From Malacoraja senta (lineage: Eukaryota), in contig CM075996.1 in the NCBI GenBank assembly GCA_038087875.1, positions 10,108,001-10,172,000 on the forward strand: a stretch of 64,000 nucleotides of DNA, written 5' to 3'. Position numbers and translations under genes: made by a program. Positions 49,964 to 63,079 of this stretch are shown one piece after another; position 1 is the stretch's first letter; each line of letters starts with the position of its first letter. The notes under the pieces were generated by a model. The model worked only from the letters and a program-made list of their open reading frames with translations, ran no database searches and had not been told where the DNA came from.

Positions 49964-50900
49964 AAACAAGGCTAGCATTGGCGTGGTGGGCCAAAGGGCC
50001 CCGTTTCTGTGCCGTACATCTCATGACTCTATGTTCACTCGTTAGACAGGCAGAATGCAACAACACAGCGGGTGGGACAATTTACTCAAGTTAGAAGAGG
50101 CATTCAACAAATGTTTGGGTCCAATTAAGTCGGCACTTGTTTTTGCATCAGGTAGCACGGTGAGGAGAGTGGTTTCGCACAGATTGCAGAATGTCATAAA
50201 CTGAGACTGAAGCAGCACGTAATTACAGAGCGAGTTGCAGAGCTGTCTGTGAAAAATGCACAAGATGTTCCTGGAAGCCTTTGGGAGTCTTATAATGAAC
50301 TACAGAAAAAAAAGGAATCAAAATATGATTTGGTTTCATATCGTCCGGCTCATGACAATTATAGCTCAGCCATTCAGGTTGGTGACGTTAGTAATAAGGC
50401 CGTAACAAGTTTGAATGACAAATTTCCGTGTACATTTTGAACAGGAGAGGCACCTTGTTTAGTTCAATGTTCAGCTGCTTTTATCAACTCCGCACTTGTT
50501 GCGTCTGGTTTTAACACAAAAGTAAAATGGTGGGAAATTAATCGTCGGGAAGCAGAAAGTGCGACGGAAATCAACGCTAATAGAGTTGCTCTAAATGACA
50601 AATGCTTTGTTAAGGTAAATTAGCACACAGAGGGTGGCAGGTAAATGGAACGAGCTGTCAGAGGAAGTAGTTACGGCAGGTTCAATAACAACATTCAAAA
50701 GACATTTGGACAGGTACGCAGATAGGAAAGGTTTAGAGGGTGTGAGCCAAATGCGGACAAATAGGATGAGTTAGGATGGGCCATCTTGGTCGGCTGGGGA
50801 TCGTCAGAGAGCGGGGGGGAGGGGGGGGGGAGCGTTGAAGAGCAAGGGGGCTCAGTGAGCATTGAAGGCCGTTGAGAATGTAGGGGCGACACGGTGGTGG

Positions 50901-51600
50901 CAGGGACGTGTGGTCACGGGAGGCAGAGCCTCACCTGTCATACTCCCAAAGAAAAATTACTGTTAAGAAAAGTAAAGAAAAATAATAATAAAATAAAATA
51001 AATATAAAGATTTTTCCACTGATCTGTTATAAATGTCATTTCTATATGAATCTAATCATTTTTATTAGTCAAAATCGCCAAATTTTCGCAGCTATTCTGC
51101 AAATACAGGGAGAGATAGAGGTGAGGCAGCAACGAGCTGAGCCTCCCCTCTGATTGCGCAACCCCTTAGAAGCTGCATGGAGCGCGGGCAATAAGCGTGT
51201 GGCCTGTTACTATCTCTATGTATGTCACCAATGTAATGTTTGTTAACCCCTTCAATACATGTCCTTACCTTCCATAGTCCAGGTAGCTTATTTCACATAT
51301 AAAGATATTAAATTTTGTGCTCGCTGTCTCACATAAAACTGCATTGAAAAAGCTGCAGGGGAGGCAGCGATCACATCTGCCTCACAAGCGGGCGTGTCTT
51401 GAGCCCAGTGGAGGGAGAGCGAGCGTCAATTACGTACGCTCAGCCCACGTAATTGACGCTACCTCACTCTCCACGTTAGCTAGCTTCAGCAGCGGCGGCA
51501 CAGACCAAAGATCATGGAGCGGAGCAAGATACGCTACTTGGGAAGGTAGACTTTGTCGGTACATTAGAAAGTTATTAGATTTTTTAATAATAGATCTACA
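50901..51600. mobile_element. Probable hAT-like non-autonomous DNA transposon fragment (one end only)
   Basis: Starts CAGGGACGTG; repeated GAGGCAG/GCCTCA subterminal motifs; second TIR not found. Confidence 0.35.
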
Positions 51601-51928
51601 CTTATCACAATAATAAAGTCATCAATTGTTGTACTTCTGTACATTTTTGTTTAGTTCATGTAAGGCAGGAGTCTCCACAATATGGCTCCACAATATGGCT
51701 CCACAATATGGACACATCAGGCCCACCACCTGATTTTTCAAGCTCAGATTCGAGTTGGGGAACGCGGCGGCCCGGGGCTGCTCTTAGTGTTGTTACCGGT
51801 GAGATCCCTCGAATTGTCAGAGCCAAGACATCACTGGGCCGCCGGGAAGAAGGGTGCAATCGTGCGGTGAGGCAGTTCGGCGGCAGCGGTCAGAATGGGA
51901 CGGCTGCGGGTTATAACGTGCCATCGTT

Positions 51929-52400
<472 letters not shown>

Positions 52401-53179
52401 TGAGGTTATGCTGAAGGGCCTGTTTCCGTGCTGTGTGACTGTGACTTTAACAATGGCAGTTTCTCCTGTTCAACGAGCTAGATGCACATCTATCATCAGA
52501 GAATGAAAGACATTAAGATACAGCAAGTACAAAGTCATTTGGCTCACTGTACGAGTATCAGTTCAATAAAGGAGCTTTCTAATCAGTCCCAGTCCTCTGC
52601 AATTTTCTCAGACCCCAGCATTTATTTCTCAAATGTTTTCTAAATGCCTATTTAATGTTATTGGTTTTTTTGTCACTACTCTATCAAAACTATTTATTGC
52701 ATATAAATATCTCCTTGGCTCTCCTGTGATTCTTTTTCAAATTTAGTTTAGTTTAGTTAGAGATACAGCACGGAAACAGGCCCTTCAGCCCACCGAGTCC
52801 GCGCCGACCAGCGATCCCCGCACATTAATACTACCCTCCACACACTAGGGACAATTTACACATACACCAAGCCAATTAACCTGCATGTCTGTACGCCTTT
52901 GGAGTGTGGGAGAACGTGCAAACTCCGTACAGACAGCACCCGTAGTCGGGATCGAACCCGGGTCTCCATGCAGGCAGCAACTCTATCGCTGAGCCACCCA
53001 TTTCAATTTAAACTGTTTAAACAGAATCTGGAATTAAAGAAAGGCTTAGTTCTGCAAACCACAAAAGTACTGGATGCCATTAAAACCTTTTGGTTCACGA
53101 TTGTCATTAAACTTGCACTAGTACCATTCCTTTTGGGGTCTGTAGGCAGGTCGTGTGATGGTGGTATGCTTCTTAGTTT

Positions 53180-53642
53180 GATTTAGTTTATTGTCGCATG
53201 TACCGAGGTACAGTGAAAAGCTTTTGTTCTGTGCTAACCAGCCAGTGGAAAGACAATACATGATTACAATCGAGCCATTTACATTGTAAGAGACATGATA
53301 AGGGTATAACGTTTAGTACAAGGTAAAGCCACTAAAGTCCGATCACAAATAGTCGGAGTGTCTACAATGTGGTAGATAGTAGTTCAGGACTGCTCTCTGG
53401 TTGTGATAGGATTCAATTGCCTGATAACAGCTGGGAAGAAACTGTCCAAGCATCTGGAGGTATGCGTTTTCACACTTCTATACCTTTTGCTTGATGGGAG
53501 AGGGGAGAAGAGGGAGTGACCAGGGTGCGACTCGTCCTTGATTATGCTGCTGGCCTTGCCGAGGCAGCGTGAGGTATAAATGGAGTCAATGGAAGGGAGG
53601 TTGGTTTGTGTGAAGGTCTGGGCTGCATCCACAATTTGCTGC
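53180..53642 (-). mobile_element. Rex1/L2-like LINE 3' fragment truncated at DIRS copy 3
   Basis: ORF 53384-53644, same family as 46080-46494. Confidence 0.85.
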
Positions 53643-54124
53643 AATAGTAGATTAAACGAGAACTTACCAAGTTTGAGGTTTGATCTTTATTTTATGAGGA
53701 GTTACGATGAGGGATTACGTGAAGAAGCCCGCCAGCCCGCATGCGCGTCAATCTTCAAAGCAGCGGTGTGAAATCACAGATAACAGTTGATGAACTGATA
53801 AATATAGTAAGATTCGAGAGAACTGGAACTACCAGATGACCTTTATGATAAGAGGGTTGGGAGCGGAGGGCACGTAATCCCTCATCGTAACTCCTCATAA
53901 AATAAAGATCAAACTTCAAACTTGGTAAGTTCTCGTTTAATCTTACTATTTTACTTCGGAGTTACGTGAGTGACTACATGAAGATTTCAAAGCTCTGTGA
54001 TTTCATGCCATGAACACGAGTCCACACAATCACAACTGCATCAGTTGACCACAGATGATTGAACATTAATAATGCATTCAGACATGACATAGATTTAAAG
54101 CATGCTGCTGCTTTTTAATGAACA

Positions 54125-54185
<61 letters not shown>

Positions 54186-57100
54186 GTAACCCCTCTCATC
54201 TGGGAGGAAACTATAAAACAGAACCTAAAATAGAGTTGGCAAATACCCCCGGTCTGGCAATGGGTTTGTTATAAAATGTTTGGAAAGTTCGTTCGTTTGA
54301 CCATCCTGCAGCCGCTAGGATGTGGTCCAGTGGAACGTCCATAACCCTTGCTGCTGATGTTGTTGCAGCCCTGGTGGAGTGAGATTTGAAAATATTAGTA
54401 TCTACTCCTGCACAAGCCAAAACCCATTTTAACCATCTGGAGATGGTCTGAACTGATACCTTCTTATGAGGTTTTTTGTAACTAACAAATACTGCTAGTT
54501 CAGAGCCTCTAAGGCTCTTGGTGACCTTGACGTATTGTTGTAAATGTGTGACCACACACAACCGAAGGTCCATGGGGTATGCCATGAAAACTAATTTGAG
54601 ACCTGACGCCACTGGTCTGCTCTGCTTAACTAAATCATAAACATAAAATATTATATTATTTGCAGATGTACCCATCCAGTTCAGTCGCAATTTATGTAGT
54701 GACTGGACCCGTTGCGCTGAGACCAGCGCCATGAGCATAATCACTTTGTAAGTGAGTTTGACCAGGGATAGGGATGTAGCTGGGCCCCACCGGTGAAGCA
54801 GCTTCAGCACAACACTAACATCCCATATCTCCGAGTACCTGGGCCTGGGGGGATTAGAGTTGAAGATACCCTTCATAAACCTGACAGAGTGGTGTCCCGA
54901 TCGCAGCAACAAGTATGACGACAAGGCACTTCTGGCACCATTTATGGCACTATAACTCAATGCCTCATCAAAATATAGTTTTGAGAGGAATTCCAAGACA
55001 TCTGTTATACATGCCATGTCATACGATATGTTGGACTGTAAACAGAATACTTCCCATTTCTTAATATAGGAGATGTACTGTTTCTTGGTACTATCTCTCC
55101 AGGCCGCAGTGATCACGTCCACCGTATGATCTGACAGTCCGAGCCCCAGGAAAGGTCTTCTCAGAATCTGCAAACCAACAAATTAATTCGATCATGCAGT
55201 GGATGGTTCTCCCCAGTCACGGGGTGAACCAGCAGATTTCTGCGTTTGGGAACAGCCATAAAAGGCTCTATTATCATTCCCAGTATGAGTGCGAACCATG
55301 GCTGTGTTGGCCAGTCAGGCACTACCAGAATGCCTGAGGCGGAGTCTTGCTGAATCTTAAGCAAGCACCGACTGATGAGGCAAAATGGGGGGAATGCATA
55401 GAAGAACATTCCTCCCCAGTGTAGCGAGAATACATCTACCCCTGGGTCTGGTTCCCATGCAACATTTTTGGCAACTGGTGATTGAGTCTGGATGCAAACA
55501 AATCGATATCCGGCGTTCCATATCGAACGACAATGTCGTTAAACACTTCATGATCCAACATCCATTCTGTGTTGTCATTGAATTTCCGTGACCTGGTGTC
55601 TGCCACCATATTAAACCTACCTGGCAAGTAGGTAGCTGAAACCCAAATGTTTCTTGAAATACACCCGTGCCAAATAATGTTAGCCAATTTATCACAGGAT
55701 ACTGACTTGATTCCACCCATGTGATTAATGTAAGCCACCGCTGTAGTGTTGTCAATCTGAAGTTGAACATGCAGATGATGCAAATTCCCACAATAAGCCT
55801 TCAACCCATAGAGTGCTCCCAGCTACTCTAAGTAGTTAATACCATGTAACTGAAGAATTGATGACTCATGCACATTCCATCTGCCACCGCAGCAAGAAAT
55901 GGTATTAGTAGCCCCCCATCCTAGAGCACTAGCATCAGTTTGTAATATAACTGAAGGTTTGTTGGCTAAAATGTTACTGTAGCAATGCCGAATATTGATC
56001 ATCCGCCATTGTAATTCAGAAATGGCTTCAGCTGGCAACTGCATAGGTCTATTAAAGTGACCTGCATGGTATTTTAGTGCTTGCTCCTTTGCAAGTTGTA
56101 AGTTCTGATAATGCAAAGGTCCAAATTGTGCAGCTGGAAAAGCAGCCACTAATTTGCCAATTAAACTGGCTACTTGTTGAATAGAAGGTTGCTCGTTAAC
56201 AAAGAGATTGTTACAGGCTTCTATTAATTCTAATCTCTTGCCCCAAGGCAGAGTCACAGACATGTGAATAGAGTTAATGGTAAATCCCAAATACTCAATA
56301 ACTCTAGATGGTATCAACTTGGATTTAACTGGATGGATGAGAAACCCCAATCTCTCAAACATGCGTTTAGTGGCTGAAACAGCTAATTTAGCTAATTTCA
56401 GAGTTTTCCCTATGATTAGGATATCATCCAAATAAGCCATCACAATATGACCTTGAGCTCGAAGTAGCCCAATTACTGGTTTCAATAACTTTGTAAACAA
56501 TCTGGGAGCTGAAGTTAACCCATTAGGCAACGCTTTAAACTGCCACAGTTGCCCCATCCAGCTAAATTTCAAATATTTCCGGTGACCCCAGTGAATGGAT
56601 ACTGAATAATATGCATCTTTGAGATCGATGCATGCCATATAACATCCTTTGGAAATCAGTTGTTTAGCAGTCAAAGGTTTCCATTTTGAAATGTCTATAC
56701 TGCACAAAGGAGTTAAGTTGAGTCAAATCAAGGATGATTCGGCATCCTCCATCTTTCTTTTGTCTTGGAAATATATTAGAAACAAATTGGTGAGGTTCAT
56801 GACTCGACTTTTCAATTACCCCTTTTTTATATAATGATTGAATTTCAGCTAGTACATCCAAACCTTCCTGTTGTGAATGAACGAATGTCCGGTTTGGAGT
56901 ATGCTGCGTGGGTGGAAATGAATTGGGAAGGAATTTGATATGGAACCCTTGTATAATGTGCAGTATAAACGGATGTTATCCAACGCCATTCATTCAAAAA
57001 CAAGTGTAATCTCCCACCAACTTGTAACGGACCCATACCGCCTATGTTCCGGAAAGAACCAGACCCACCTACCTCCATGGTTACCGGTGGATTAGTGGTT

Positions 57101-58519
57101 TCTATTTCCGCCCCCGAGGTTTGGGGGGTAGGGCTAATTGAGTGCGCGAACTGCGCATCTTCGACGAGGGCCGGCCTGGGCCTTGGTCTAAAAAAGACCT
57201 CCGTGCAGAGATTTCGGCCCTCGAGCTACCACCAGCTTCTGCAAACCACTTGCTGCTGCTGGAAGCATAGGGGTGCTGCCACCGGAATGATGAAGGTCTG
57301 TTTGTCCCTGGCGCCTTAATCAGCCCGACAGCTTTCGCTTCTTCGTCAAGGTCCTTGACCTGCTTTGGCAAGTCTTCCCCTAACAAAAAATTTGGCGGCT
57401 GCACGTTGCTGGCCCTGCATAGTCCCGGTAATTTGAGGCTGAGGGCAGGTCGGATGGCATTTTTGTGGAAACAATTAATTTCAAAATGTGCATTGCACAT
57501 TAATGCCAGGGCATTCCGTTGTACATCAGACAAGGGACCCCCATCCACAGACCTGGCAAAGGCCGTGATGCCTGAAGCCAGCAAATTCAGTATTCTCCGG
57601 AGCTTCATCTCCTGGGCTTTGATGCCCCCTCCGATGTATCCCCAGATGGAGCTGTTTACAGCTGGCACGTTTAGTGAAGCACAATTGGCAGGTGTGTGGT
57701 ATTTCATAGATGTTTGCACCATGTTCCTGGAGCTGGTGCGATGCCAGGTAATTGATGCTGGCCACTAATTCCTCTTCCAGCGGCTCCCCTGTTTGCGAGG
57801 GTATCGCATATTTAGACGCCATAGCATTCATGCACCTCGTTCAGCTTCACGCACCTCGTGCATCCTAGTATGCTCTCCGGACCTACCTCTGAACTCCGAG
57901 TCAGTCCAACACTGACCCCGTGTGCTCCCCTCCTCAGAGAGGGAGACATTGTGCAGCCCTGAACCAGGCACTGCCGCGGGCCCCCGAGGAGACCCGCGCT
58001 GATATAACTCCGGTCCCCGGAGAATATCATGATGGAGCATCCTTTCCATCATAGGCGCCCGAAGACGCTACACATTGTAGGAGGCGAGTCCTCCTGGCCT
58101 AACTCGTCAGAATAGACAGGCCTGTCAGACTTTTTCTTGGCTTTCCCTCCTTTTGGGGTAGCCAGCGTGCTTTCGACAGGCACCAAGTCTGAAGTCGCTG
58201 GTCGCACCGCCAGCGACTCGAATGGCAAAATCGACGGCCGCCCGCACTCCCGAAGTCCTCCGTAGCTGGTTTCCCCGCAGCCCGTCTCGACTTCACCCTG
58301 GATTTCTCCATTATAGTACGTACTTGAAGTTCTGCAACCAAGAATTACCGAACAAACGACCACAGAATGAGTTTAAAACTTACCTGTAGGCCTTTTTAAA
58401 CTTACCGCTGGAGGAGCAACGCGCCTCCCAGCCAGTCGTGCGCAATGCGTTAGACGTATTGATGCGCATGCGGGCTGGCGGGCTTCTTCACGTAGTCACT
58501 CATGTGACTCCGAAGTAAA
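53643..58519 (-). mobile_element. DIRS1-type retrotransposon, copy 3 (full length)
   Basis: Right ITR 53643-53747, ICR ~53871-53983, YR 54211-55173, MT/RH/RT 55161-57195, gag to 58311, left ITR 58464-58519. Confidence 0.95.
54211..55173 (-). CDS. Tyrosine recombinase of DIRS copy 3 (open; 8-aa in-frame deletion versus copy 1)
   Basis: 320 aa; SAQRVQ, HSTR, AGW, FY. Confidence 0.9.
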   Translation of the reverse strand: MQILRRPFLGLGLSDHTVDVITAAWRDSTKKQYISYIKKWEVFCLQSNISYDMACITDVLEFLSKLYFDEALSYSAINGARSALSSYLLLRSGHHSVRFMKGIFNSNPPRPRYSEIWDVSVVLKLLHRWGPATSLSLVKLTYKVIMLMALVSAQRVQSLHKLRLNWMGTSANNIIFYVYDLVKQSRPVASGLKLVFMAYPMDLRLCVVTHLQQYVKVTKSLRGSELAVFVSYKKPHKKVSVQTISRWLKWVLACAGVDTNIFKSHSTRAATTSAARVMDVPLDHILAAAGWSNERTFQTFYNKPIARPGVFANSILGSVL

Positions 58520-58849
58520 GTGAACCCATTGTCAACCTTACCCCATTCATGTATGTGCTGATGTCTTTGCTTTTGTCAATAAATATATTTTTGTTTCACA
58601 AGTGGCTTGCTTATTTGGCCACCATATTGGTGACCTTGACAATCCAAAACGGCATTTAGGATTTAAACTATGGACGCAGCCAACGATTAAGTTCAACATG
58701 CCAAGGTCGCTGGCAATCCAGCCCTGGTGTATGTAATCAGGCTGAGGGCAGATGGTGGCTGACAAATGTGAATCATTATATTGTGGGAAGATGTTTGAGA
58801 AGTGTCCACCTAATGTGGGCATAGTCCTAAATAGGGTGTGGGAGTGATG

Positions 58850-59080
58850 GGGGTGAGAACCTTGTGACCTGGTATCAAGACAACAACCTTGGAGGTAGCG
58901 ATTGAGTTCAGAAAGGAAGCGGTTCACATACCCCAGTATGCAACATGGCACCGAAGTAGAGATGGTTGAACATTTTAGGTTCGGAGGAGTAAATATCACC
59001 AGTGTCTTGTCCTGGACCACCCATATCGAAGCAATGGTCAAGAAAGCAGGCCAACCCCTCTATCTCCTAAGAAGGCAAAG
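58850..59080 (+). mobile_element. Old Rex1/L2-like RT fragment
   Basis: 'VEMVEHFRFGGVNITSVLSWTTHIEAMVKKAGQPLYLLRR'. Confidence 0.65.
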
Positions 59081-59239
59081 GAGCGTGGCCAGTGTGGTGT
59101 GGGTCTCTGAAGATGCTTGCTATCTTTTTGAGGCAGCGACTCTTGTAGATCCCTTTAATAAATCTGGAATTACTTTTGTATACTTGAGGTCTAAAAAAGG
59201 GAGTTTGTGTCTTGGCTCATTGACTCTGTTGTTCTCCAG

Positions 59240-59509
59240 ATCCTCTCTCCACACCATCCATCTCCTGTGATTACAACCCTGAGAACCACACGGCTGTGCT
59301 GAACTGCACGGTGCAGAGAGGGAGAGCTACTTCCATTCTGTGGAACAGAGAAGGAGTTGTCCTCCCAGTGAGCCCACGGCAGTCCCTGTCTGATGGAAAT
59401 GTAACATTTACCATTTGGAATGCAGAGAAATCAGACTCTGGCTATTACACATGCAGCATGGAAAACCAAGTCAGTCGAAACAACAGCACCTACCAGCTGG
59501 TCATCGAGG
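59240..59509 (+). CDS. Ig C2-type domain exon of a CD2/SLAM/HEPACAM/CEACAM-like membrane protein
   Basis: Acceptor TTCTCCAG, donor G|GTAAGT, 270 nt phase 1-1; DPLSTPSI..LNCTV..ILWNREG..LSDGNVTFTIWNAEKSDSGYYTCSMENQVS; several N-glycosylation sequons. Confidence 0.88.
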
Positions 59510-60499
59510 GTAAGTCTGTCACGGTATTGGAAAAGGTCTATTTGACCCACATTGTTTATGTTACACAAGAAACGGCACAGTGGTGATGCGGTAGAGTTGC
59601 TGCCTCACAGCTCGTACGGCGTCAGAGACCCAGGTTCGATCCTGGCTACGGGCCGTTTTAAATAATACAAGATAGACACAAAAAGCTGGAGTAACTCAGT
59701 GGATCAGACAGCATCTGTGGAGAAAAAGAATAGTTGACGTTTCGGGTCGAGACACTTCTTCAGACTGAGATTCAGGGGAAAGACGTTCCTTAAACATCTC
59801 TATGGAGTTTGTACGTTCTCCCCGTGACCTGCAGGGGTTTCCTCCCACACTCCAAAGATGTACATGTTTGTAGGTTAATTGGCTTGGTATCAATGTTAAA
59901 AAAATTATCCCTATTGTAGGTTAGTGTTAATGTGCAGGTGGTTGGTGCGAACTCGATGGGCAGGAGAGCCTGTTTCTGCGCTATATATATAAACTAATTA
60001 AAACTAAAGAACTGATCCCCACTCTTCTTATCTGACCATATCAGCATAAGATATCACTCTGTTCTCCCCATCTTGGCTTCCACTCCTTCGATGTCCCGTC
60101 CGGGTACCATCCTACACACGAGGGACAATTTACAATTATACCAAAGTCAATTAACCAACAAACCTCCACGTCTTTGGAATGTGGGAGAAAACCCACGCAG
60201 GTCACGGGGAGAACGTACAAACTCCGTGCAGACAAGGACCCGTAGTCATGACTGAACTCGGGATCTCTGGCACTGGAAGGCAGCAACTCAACCACTGCGC
60301 TATCGTGCAGCCCAAGTTGTAAAGGTCTGTTGCACAGATGCTGGCCATTTGTCCCATGTTGATGTTTATGCTACACAAGAGCCCCTCTCCACACTTGTTA
60401 TCTGACCTTATCAGCGTATGTCACTGTCCACTCCAAGTTCACTCCAGACATATAACATCCCCCTAAATTCTAATTGAATTGGATGACTATTTTATTGTG

Positions 60500-60898
60500 A
60501 TACAGTGTGGAAACAGGCCCTTCGGCCCAACTTGGCCACCTGTCCCAGCTACACTCGTCCCACCTGCCTACGTTTGGTCCATATCCCTCCAAACTTGTCC
60601 TATCATGTACCTGTCCAACTGTCTCTTAAATGTTGGGATAGTCCCTGCCTCAACTACCTCCTCTGGCAGTGTGTTCCATACACCCACCACCCTTTGTGTG
60701 CAATAGATACCACTCAGATTCCTCTTAAATCTTTTCTCCTTCACCTTATTGACTTGCTCTGGGCAAGAGACTCAATTCCTCTCATGATTTTATACACCTC
60801 TATAAGATCACCCCACATCCTCCTGTTCTCCAAAGAATAGAGACCCAGCCTACTCACCCTCTCCCTGTAGCTCAGACTCTCTACCCCTGTCAACACCG
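60500..60898 (-). mobile_element. CR1 3' fragment in the intron
   Basis: 'LSYRERVSRLGLYSLE..GDLIEVYKIMRG'. Confidence 0.85.
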
Positions 60899-61773
60899 TA
60901 ACCCCGTTTTCCCTGTGTGGATAAATATCGCTCCAGACGTCATGTAGGAAATTTTGAAAATTATAAGGAAGATAAGTAGTTTTTAATCCATTTATCCCAA
61001 GAGAATGGATCGTGGGGAAGCAAGATAGGAACAATTGTCCAACAAGGCATCATGGCATTGCAGCGGTAGAGTTGCAGCCTTCCAGCACTTACAGCGTCAG
61101 AGACCCAGGTTTTCTGCGACGCTCGGGTTGTCCACGTTTGGTTTAGTTTAGTTAGGTTTAGGAATACAGCGTGGAAACTGGCCCTTCAGCCCACCGAGTC
61201 CGTACCTACCATCGATCCCCGCACATTAACACTATCCTACACACACTAGGGACAATTTACACTTATACCAAGCCAATTAACTTGCATACCTGTACGCCTT
61301 TGGAGTGTGGGGGGAAGCTGAAGATCTTGGAGAAAACCCACGCAGGTCACGGGGAGAACATACAAACTCCATACAGACAGCACCCGTAGTCAGGATCAAA
61401 CCCGGGTCTCCAGCGCTGCATGCTCTGTGAGGCAGCAACTCTACCGCTGCACTACTGTGCATCGTGCTCCATGCACCTGCAACAACAGCCCTGGTTCGCC
61501 GCTGCGAGAAGATAAGACTGCACTAAGAACTTCTGAAACTTTGTCTGCACCAGAAATGTGGCGACTCTTTGTGTATTGCCCAGGAGAAGTCTGCTGTGTA
61601 ATTACGGATTGTACACAAAAATCAAAGATCTTAATTTTACCTAGATACGTGACAATAAAATATCATTGAATTGAATCAAAAACATGATAGATACAAAGGG
61701 AAGTTTCTCTGCATCATGGACATTTAAATTAATATCTACAAGATGTAACCAAAGGTGATTTATTTTGTTGTAG

Positions 61774-61869
61774 GTTATGAACTCAATCCCAGATCTCGGG
61801 TTGGATTGTACCTGACCATTATCTCAGTGATCACAGCGGTTCTCGTGCTTAGCGCTCTGTTTGTACATG
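61774..61869 (+). CDS. Transmembrane exon of the same Ig-superfamily gene
   Basis: Acceptor TTTTGTTGTAG, donor G|GTGAGT, 96 nt phase 1-1; GYELNPRSRVGLYLTIISVITAVLVLSALFVH, in frame with the Ig exon. Confidence 0.82.
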
Positions 61870-63079
61870 GTGAGTATTCATTCTCTGGTAAAACTGTGTC
61901 CTTGTATGTGGTGGTGTGGAGTCAGTCAGAGGGTGGTGAATCTGTGGGATTCATTGCCACAGAGAGCTGTGGATGCCAAGTCAATGGCAGAGAGGGATAT
62001 TTTCTAAAGCAGAGATAGATAGATTCTTCATTAGTACATGTGTCAGGGGTTATGGGGAGAAGGCAGGAGAATGGTGTTAAGAGGGAATGATTGATTGAAT
62101 GGCAGAGTAGACTTGCTGGGCTGAATGACCTAATTCTGCTCCTATGATAGAGACAAAATGCTGGAGTAACTCAGCGGTATACTGGTCATTGCAGGCCATT
62201 GAGTTCTTCTGAAGAAGGGTCTCGACCCGAAATGTCAACCGAAACGTGAAGGAATTCCCTGCCTGTCTGTGTGTGTGTTGAAGATAGAAGCAAAATGCTG
62301 GAGTAACTCAGCAGCAAAGGCAACATCTCTGGAGAGAAGGAATGGGTGATGTTTTGGGTGGAGACCCTTCTTCAGACTGATGAGAGTGTGTATTTTTATG
62401 TGTGCCTTGTGTGTGTATTTATGTGTGTCCGTGCATGCTGTGCACATACTTATGTGTGTTTTGTGTGAGTACGTGCCACGTGTGTGTACATATGTGTGTA
62501 TTATGTGTAGGTAGACTCAAAATGCTGGAGTAATTCAGTGGGACAGGCAGCATCTCTGGATGAGACGAATGGGTGACATTTCAGGTCGAGTCCCTTCTTC
62601 AGACCCGAAACCTCACCCATTCCATTCTCTCCAGAGATGCTGCCTGTCCTGCTGAGTTATTCCAGCATTTTGCGTCTGCCTCCAGTGTAAACCAGCATCT
62701 GCAGTTCCTTCAAGCACAATTCTGCTCATATCACTTATGAACAATTGTGACCAGTCAGATCCTGCAAATGGCTGTTTGACAATCTGTTTGGATATCGGTG
62801 AGGGAGAAATATTACACATGTACCCAGGAACAACGTTTATGCTGTTCTCCTGTGCTGTCGCTGTAAGATTTTTTCAATGGGGGCAGAAGGGGCCTTTAGT
62901 GTAATGGCCATTTAGTGGGCATGGGTCGGTGCCACGGAGACGTCCGGAGAGGACCCAGCGGCAATAGTGGAGAGGTCTGTGCAGCCGTCGATGATGGCGT
63001 TGACCGACAGACGCACCGCGTGAAAGTGAGGACGCCACTGCCGAAGAAAGTTACAAAGGAGGAGCCGGCGTGGGGGGAC

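Noticed and set aside
50445..50614. Open AG..GT-bounded segment that could be an upstream exon of the Ig gene
   Set aside because: No Ig or signal-peptide features, and its end phase (0) is incompatible with the phase-1 Ig exon
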